NCBI GenBank assembly: GCA_964016885.1
Contig: OZ024743.1
Span: forward strand, 324,384,001-324,448,000
From: Eledone cirrhosa
Taxonomy: Eukaryota
Length of the DNA: 64,000 nt
Direction of reading: 5' to 3'
Shown: positions 57,023 to 64,000 of the stretch, one piece after another
Position numbering within the stretch: the first letter of the stretch is position 1
Layout: each line of letters begins with the position of its first letter
Translations under genes and position numbers: made by a program
The notes under the pieces: model-generated
Databases searched by the model: none
The model's input: the letters and a program-made list of their open reading frames with translations, nothing else
What the model was told of the DNA's origin: nothing

Positions 57023-59637
57023 GTGTGTGTATGTATATATATCAAAATGTTTATATATATATATATAAAATTTATACTTTAGGTATATTCTATAGATATA
57101 CTCTTATGGAAGAGTTTTTTTAATGGTTTATACTTTGGATATATTCCTATGACTGAATTTTTAAATGTTAACACGTTATAGCAAACAAATTTAGGTTTTA
57201 ACAGTCATAACTGAATAACAGGTAGAGTTATAAAATTATAACTTGCTATAAATAATATAAGATTCATACTCCAATTACATTATTATTACGATGGAAAATT
57301 TAATTTTTTAACATCTTAACTTTATAGCATTTAATCCTTAGAGCTATCTAAATTATTAATAAATCGCTATCAATTTCCTTTACGCTCTACTGCTATTACA
57401 AATAAGGGATTATTCTTCTGTAAACTCTCGGAAATTCCATGAGCTTAGAAATATTCGGATATTTTAAACTTACAATATTTTTTAAAATAATTAATTAATA
57501 ATTAATAAAATTATATATGGTTTTGTAATAATAACATATTTTCTAATTATATATTTTAATAATATATATTCTTTAATAATATATAGGTATCAACTTTAAT
57601 AATCTAACATACACATTTAAACATTTAAACTACGGATTGAATTGATAAATTATTATTTAAGCATTTAATCAAATTTATTAATTAAACATCAGATAACATT
57701 TTTCAACTTATCTTTATCTTTATTATTATTGTTTATCCATGTTACGGTATTCATCCACCCTATATTTATTTCTTCGCCTCTTCTCTCAAAATTACGCTAT
57801 TCTCTCTCACTTAAACATACTCAGGTTTTTTCTCTTTCTTTCTTTCGTTTTTTCTCTTTTTTCTCTTTCTTTCTTTTTTCCCTATTCCAACGGCTTAATT
57901 TAAATATACTGTTATTTAAACCTTTCCGACACTAATTTGCATAATAAACCAACAATAAATCTAATAACTCCACTATCCAGGAGATTCCAACCAGAATGGT
58001 TGCATTTTTTAAGGGTATGTCAATATTTATTTATAAAACTAACCTATATTATATTTTATCTGATGAAAGCGCACCATAGTTTACCTTGGTGGCCCTTGAA
58101 ATATGTATAATGAAATAAATATGGTTTTATAAATATAGTTTCCATTTGTTAATATATTGTATATTTACTCCAATAATTTGTTGAGTGCTTTATATCAGTT
58201 ATAATATATTTTGCTTGTTGTATCTCAACAAATTAAATATAACCTCTACATATATATATATATAAAATTTAATGCCTCGGATTAGGTGCTCTACCAACTT
58301 TGGATATTCATTACGACTAAGAATAAATATAGGTCAATTAGATACCACCATTAAATGCAAAATGTATAATGAATTCGGGAACTTTATCTGTGACTGTATA
58401 CTAGACTATCCAAATTGTGTTTTATATGTCCAGTAAAAAAACAACAACTCTATACTTCGACTAGAAATGTGTCGAAGGCTGGTAGATTCTGTCCTTGAAA
58501 ATAACTTTTTATTAGCTTATATTACAAACGACTTTGGAAAAGGCACAAATATTCTGCAGCATCCTTTTTCATACTTTACCAGTCCAAGGCTTTGTGTTTA
58601 TGTTGGAAACAAATAGGAGGTGAAGACGTGTGACTTTCAGATTAAAGTGTTCGGCTCATAATCGTAAGGTTAGATTCCTGGTGGCGTGATGTGTTCTTGA
58701 GCAAGAGACTTTAACGTTGCCCCAGTCCACCTAGCTGGCAAAAATGAGTTGTATTTTGTGACACACTGTCACGCTGAATCTTCCTCAGAATTATATGAAG
58801 GATACACGTGTCTGTAAAATTCTCAGCCACTTACACGTTAATTTCATGTGTAGGTTGTTCCATTGATCGAACAACAGAAATACTCCTCGTCGACACTGAC
58901 GGAACTCCATTCCATATTAGAGAAATGTTTTAAATATTGGAGTGGTAGAAAGAGTAGCGTGTTGAACTAAATACTCGCCAGTATTTAGTTTCTTCTTTTT
59001 AGGTTCAGAGTTAAAATCCCGCTGGATTCAAGCATGTTCTTTATTTTCATGAACTACAGTTTATTCGATGTTGACAGACGACAAGATAATTATCTATATC
59101 CTGCTTCTCAGAAGTCAAATTGACATATTTCATGCTTCAAAATAATCTTTACTTAAATTTTATTAATATCAATTGACTTGTAATCAACTATTTATTTTGA
59201 CACACCCTTCCAAAAACGGGGTCACACTTCCCTAAAAAAGGGGTCTCGTGTAAATTCTTCTACTCACATATTTTGTTAATGATATGTTGGTTTATCTATA
59301 AAATGAAATATAAGTTTAAATAAACCAATCTCATATTTTATAAATATATGAAATAATGTTAATTCTAATTGAATATTTCATGAAAGACAAAAATAAAACA
59401 ATGAAAGAAATATTGTTTACAAAAAATAAAGCATTAAACTAGAAGACAACGAACGAAACCAGTGCTATAAATACTATGACTTGTCATTACTGAGGTTTTT
59501 TCATGCCGAACACACAGACTCCACCTCAAATTCTTGTTTTCTTCTTCAGAGCCAGATAATAGTTCAGACCCTAACGACTCCTAAGATTATTAATATAAAA
59601 TCGTCTGTTGAAGCAGATATTATTATACTTTGATAGC

Positions 59638-59845
59638 AGGGCGGTGGATTGGCAGTATCGGTAGAGCGTCTGGAAATATGCTTTGCAGCATATAGTTACG
59701 ACCATTTACGCTTTGAGTTCAAATCCCGCCGAGGTTAGTTTTGCCATTTATCTTTACGGGGTCGATAAAATAAAGTACCAGTAATGCTATGGCGTCGATT
59801 TCATCGACTTTTCCCTCCTGCCAAATTGTTGGCCTTGTGCCTAAA
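59638..59845 (+). mobile_element. Full-length SINE family A
   Basis: A box tggcagtatcgg, B box gagttcaaatccc, and core. Confidence 0.85.
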
Positions 59846-60207
59846 CCAAAAGCTATCATACTTTGAGAGGGATATGATGCCATTAAACACACATGCACTA
59901 GTTGACTTTCTCTTTGATAACAAATCCATTCTTCGGTTGGTTTAGTAACCAGATCGTTTGTATATTTGTCATCTTATTGTCAAAGCTCTTTCGTCACACA
60001 TTCTCAATGACTATTGATACTTCTCTGTGTCACCTCTTCACCTTGATTTTGTTCTAGTTATTCCATCTTACCTTTATCTTTATCTAATATGTATATATAT
60101 ATATACACAGTATATATATATATATATATATAGGTAGAAGTTAATATGTCCAGGGATACTAGGTACCCCTAGAAATACATAGGTTGTCTATGATTCAAGG
60201 GAAATGC

Positions 60208-60286
60208 TTCTCTGATGAGCTTTGGTTTTCCATCATAAATCCATCGGATTTATGAGGTTTTACAAAGTGAAACTGATCAGTAAGGG
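60208..60286 (+). ncRNA. Type I hammerhead ribozyme with long stem II
   Basis: ttct CTGATGA gctttg..tcataaatcc/ggatttatga..caaagt GAAA ctgatcag TA aggg. Confidence 0.75.
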
Positions 60287-60367
60287 CCACTAGAAGAGGT
60301 AAATATTTATATTATATTTTTTAATATATTTTGAAAAATTGATTGAATTTTACTTGTTCTGCTTATC

Positions 60368-60432
<65 letters not shown>

Positions 60433-60968
60433 TGGTTGACTGAATACATACGTGGTTTTTCTCAAAATTTGTTTCCGTTCCTTCCTCTTTTCTCGCTCTA
60501 TTTTTCTATTTCATCTTTTATTCCTCATTCTTTCTTCAGATGAAGGACTAGTGACCGAAATGTAAAGACTCTTTTTCTAATCTTTTCACACTATATCAAA
60601 CATTAAACTAATATATTTCCTCATTTTATTTTGTTTGCTTTGTTGTTTTCGTTTACTTTTACACACAAACACACACACAAAACAAACACACACACATACA
60701 TACACACACACTCACACATATATATATTGGAGGAGAATTTACTGGTATTTCCAGCACACAGATACTGTCTCTTCGTCCGCCATGTATAGAGAGGTAAACA
60801 CTACACCTCTCACCCAATCCACTTCCCCATCTCTCTAACAAACTAAAACTTTTTCTTGTTTTTTTTTTGTTTATTGTCTGCCTATCTGACATCTGACTCA
60901 CACATTCTCCCCTTTCCCCTCCCTCTATCATCACCTTTTTTCTATCATGTATATGTGTCTTTCACTCT

Positions 60969-61020
<52 letters not shown>

Positions 61021-61024
<4 letters not shown>

Positions 61025-61801
61025 AGATAAGCAGAACAAGTAAAATTCAACCAATTTTTCAAAATAAATCAAAATTAATTTAAAATTAAATTTAATCAAA
61101 ATTAAAAAATATAATATAAATATTTACCTATTCAGATGGCCCTTACTGTACAGTTTCACTTTGCAAAACATTAGATATCCTATGGATATTAATGGAAAAA
61201 CAAAGATCATCAGAGAAGCATTTTCCGTTCCTAGGGTTAAAAAACTCCAGGAACGATAAAATATATGACCTCTTCGCCAGCTAACACAGGCCTGAAAGGT
61301 CGTAGAAGTGACCCGTATATACGCCGGTGTGAAGTGAAGGCGGGAAATCACAGACTTGTTGTCTATAGTCGCCACTAAAAAAATAGCAGCTAGATAGATC
61401 AACAGATTTGTTCTCTACATAATGAAGGATAATGAATAAAGTTAATATGACTAAAGGTACTAGGTTCCCCCAGAAATACATAGGTTGTCTATGATTCAAG
61501 GTGGTTCTATGGTAATAATTTGATATACCAGAACTTAATATCAAGATAAGCAGAACAAGTAAAATTCAACCAATTTTTCAAAATAAATCAAAATTAATTT
61601 AAAATTAAAATTAATCAAAATTACAAAATATAATATAAATATTTACCTATTCAGATGGCCCTTACTGTACAGTTTCACTTTGCAAAACATTAGATATCAC
61701 ATGGATATTAATGGAAAAACAAAGATCATCAGAGAAGCATTTTCCTTTCCTAGGGTTAAAAAACTCCAGGAACGATAAAATATATGACCTCTTCGCCAGC
61801 T

Positions 61802-61804
<3 letters not shown>
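61021..61804 (-). mobile_element. Retrozyme-like 1.5-copy tandem repeat (519-bp unit) with two HHRs
   Basis: 61021-61285 repeats at 61540-61804. HHRs at 61140-61217 and 61659-61736. (TA)n on both sides. Confidence 0.75.
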
Positions 61805-61855
<51 letters not shown>

Positions 61856-61865
61856 AGTAAGTATG

Positions 61866-62120
61866 TATGTATACGTACATACATATATGTATACAGACGT
61901 ACAGTAGTATGTATATATATACATACATGCACACATATATATATATGCACGTATCGGTTTACGGCGTAATTCGGGCTGTTTGTTTGTTTACAAACAAACG
62001 GAGCATTATAATAAATGTTCGGTAAACCGATACGTGCATATATATATATATATATGCATGTATGTATATATATACATACTACTGTACGTCTGTATTCATA
62101 TATGTATGTACGTATACATA
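61866..62120. repeat. Long imperfect palindrome
   Basis: Arms include cagacgtacagtagtatg / catactactgtacgtctg and cacgtatcggtttac / gtaaaccgatacgtg. Confidence 0.9.
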
Positions 62121-64000
62121 TATAGCGAAGATACTGGGTTGTGTGAATGTAACAAGGAGACATAGTTTGTGTGTATAAGATTTAATCAACAATTTAACAG
62201 TATAGTTGACATGTCAATGAATAAACGAAAGAATGAAGCAAAGTTAGTAGTTACCGTTTTGATTGCCAGGCAAACGCGAGACGCCTGGCGAAGGCCAGGC
62301 GCCGGAAGGGCAAATGAGAGGGAGAGAGCCGAAGGCTATTCGTTTTATAGGGCTCTGCCGGAAGTTACAGAAAGGGTTCTACTTCCCGTCTAGATGTTGT
62401 TAATCTATTGGGGTTGTGAGTCACAACAAGGGAGACAACCGCTACATAACCTCTCGCCAGAATTTTAGAATATAAAAATCGCATGAAATATGTAGCAAGT
62501 TGGCGAGAATGTTGTAACAGGCATGAAAATTACAACAAAAGAATGTTTGCAAAAATCAATGATAGATATCAAGGTAGCCAACCGCTATTGGCCAGAGAAC
62601 GACTGGACATCTATCTATCCATCACCCAAAGATACAATGTAATAAAGTAAGAGAAGAGCTCAAAGTTCAAATGTACAAAATATAGTTCACAGGTGTGCAA
62701 TCACATGACAGCAGGAAAGAAAGTGTGTTCCAGAGAATGAATGCAGGTGGTTTCTGTTCTGTCGTATATCGTGAAATTTCCAACCTCCGAATGGATTTTC
62801 TTACAGGAAGAGTGCTGCAAAAATAAATTCTCTGGCTTGTTCTGCTGGTTTTGGTTGTTGGTGAAGCTGTGTTGCTGTTGTTGTCTCGCTGAGTGAGCGT
62901 ATTCGGTGTTTAAATTCACAGTAAAAACAAAAAAAATTTTTTTGGAAAAAATGAGTTGCGCAAAAGTGCTAGAAATAACAGCCGAAGTTGATGGTCGTTG
63001 TTGAGAATGCGTTGACCTGGAAGGGTCAAGAGGCCAGCGACCAAAGAAATAAGCATTCCGAATAAATGCGCAGTTTTCAACGGCAAATTTACGTGGTAAA
63101 TTTTTAAACCGGCAAATAGGAGAATATAGCTTAAGGCTGAAGAATCCTTGGCGAGAAACGTTATCTCTGGCGTGCGGCTATCTCTGTGAGTCGAGAATTT
63201 GTGCTGCCTACACGTGCCAATACAAGGTTAGGGTTAGGTTGAAAAAATAATATTTCTAACGTGCGAGAAAATGATAGTGCAAGTGTGAAAGTGACAATGA
63301 TGAAAAAGAAAGGCTTCACTTAGCATAAGTATTGGTGTGAACTTTGGAAAAAAAAAACTTGAACAATGAAGAAAACGATGAAAAAAAAGGCAATGGTTCA
63401 TCGAAAATAAATGTTCCTGTTGAAATGTTTTTTAAAAAAGATCAAATTTCTTTTTTGTTTTGAAAATGTTCGTTGTAAGAAACGAGAAACATATATATAT
63501 ATATCGTGAAATGCGACAGTTAGTTGATGCGTGAGAGAAAAAGTCTGTCTGTGCGAAAATTTCACATGTGCGTGGTGTGTTCATTTCCTTGAGTATTTTC
63601 ATAGTTTGTCAATAAATTTGCTGTGTATTCGTAATGTTACTCACACAACACCAGATTATGCTATTTTTTTTTTTTTTTTTCGGGGTGACCACTTATAGCG
63701 ATGAACGGCTGCGTGTTCGTATCACGTCAGGGTTACCAATATAGCGAAGATTTTTGGGTTGTGTGAATGTAACAAGGAGACATAGTTTGTGTGTATAAGA
63801 TTTAATCAACAATTTAACAGTATAGTTGACATGTCAATGAATAAACGAAAGAATGAAGCAAAGTTAGTAGTTACCGTTTTGATTGCCAGGCAAACGCGAG
63901 ACGCCTGGCGAAGGCCAGGCGCCGGAAGGGCAAATGAGAGAGAGAGAGCCGAAGGCTATTCGTTTTATAGGGCTCTGCCGGAAGTTACAGAAAGGGTTCT
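62121..64000 (-). mobile_element. Non-autonomous LTR retrotransposon (326-bp LTRs, tRNA-Trp PBS)
   Basis: LTR 62121-62446 (TGTAGCG...CGCTATA on minus) and a near-identical LTR from 63740 to the window end. PBS tggtaaccctgacgtgat abuts the second LTR and a purine-rich tract precedes the 3' LTR. The ~1.3-kb interior has no pol ORF. Confidence 0.88.

Larger units (their letters stand above)
55678..58250 (+). mobile_element. 5'-truncated Penelope-like element with inverted 5' segment, GIY-YIG domain and 3' pLTR
   Basis: 55678-55731 is the reverse complement of ~58108-58161. Coding remnant at 55745-56385 and HHR-like motif at 58060-58105. Confidence 0.7.

Noticed and set aside
59638-59730. Possible tRNA gene
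   Set aside because: The A and B boxes belong to a multi-copy SINE head and there is no proper cloverleaf.
63226-63240. ggttagggttaggtt telomere-like motif
   Set aside because: Only about two units, inside the LTR element interior.

Overview
Repeat-saturated, AT-rich animal genomic DNA. The SINE families, dense (TA)n/(CA)n tracts and Penelope content suggest a cephalopod such as Octopus; this is inference. Bases 1-10.4 kb are a 40-bp palindromic satellite with higher-order duplications and internal inversions, followed by a 200-N gap. The only clear host gene is a heparan sulfate 3-O-sulfotransferase with one coding exon (30092-31108, minus). The rest is tRNA-derived SINEs, decayed RTE, CR1-like and CRE LINEs, Helitron pieces, hAT/piggyBac/Tc1-mariner MITEs, Penelope-like (GIY-YIG) fragments and a non-autonomous LTR element. 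The most notable signal is a set of hammerhead-ribozyme (HHR) elements embedded in (TA)n microsatellites. These include a 519-bp tandem retrozyme-like unit with covarying HHRs and several families of fold-back hairpin insertions.
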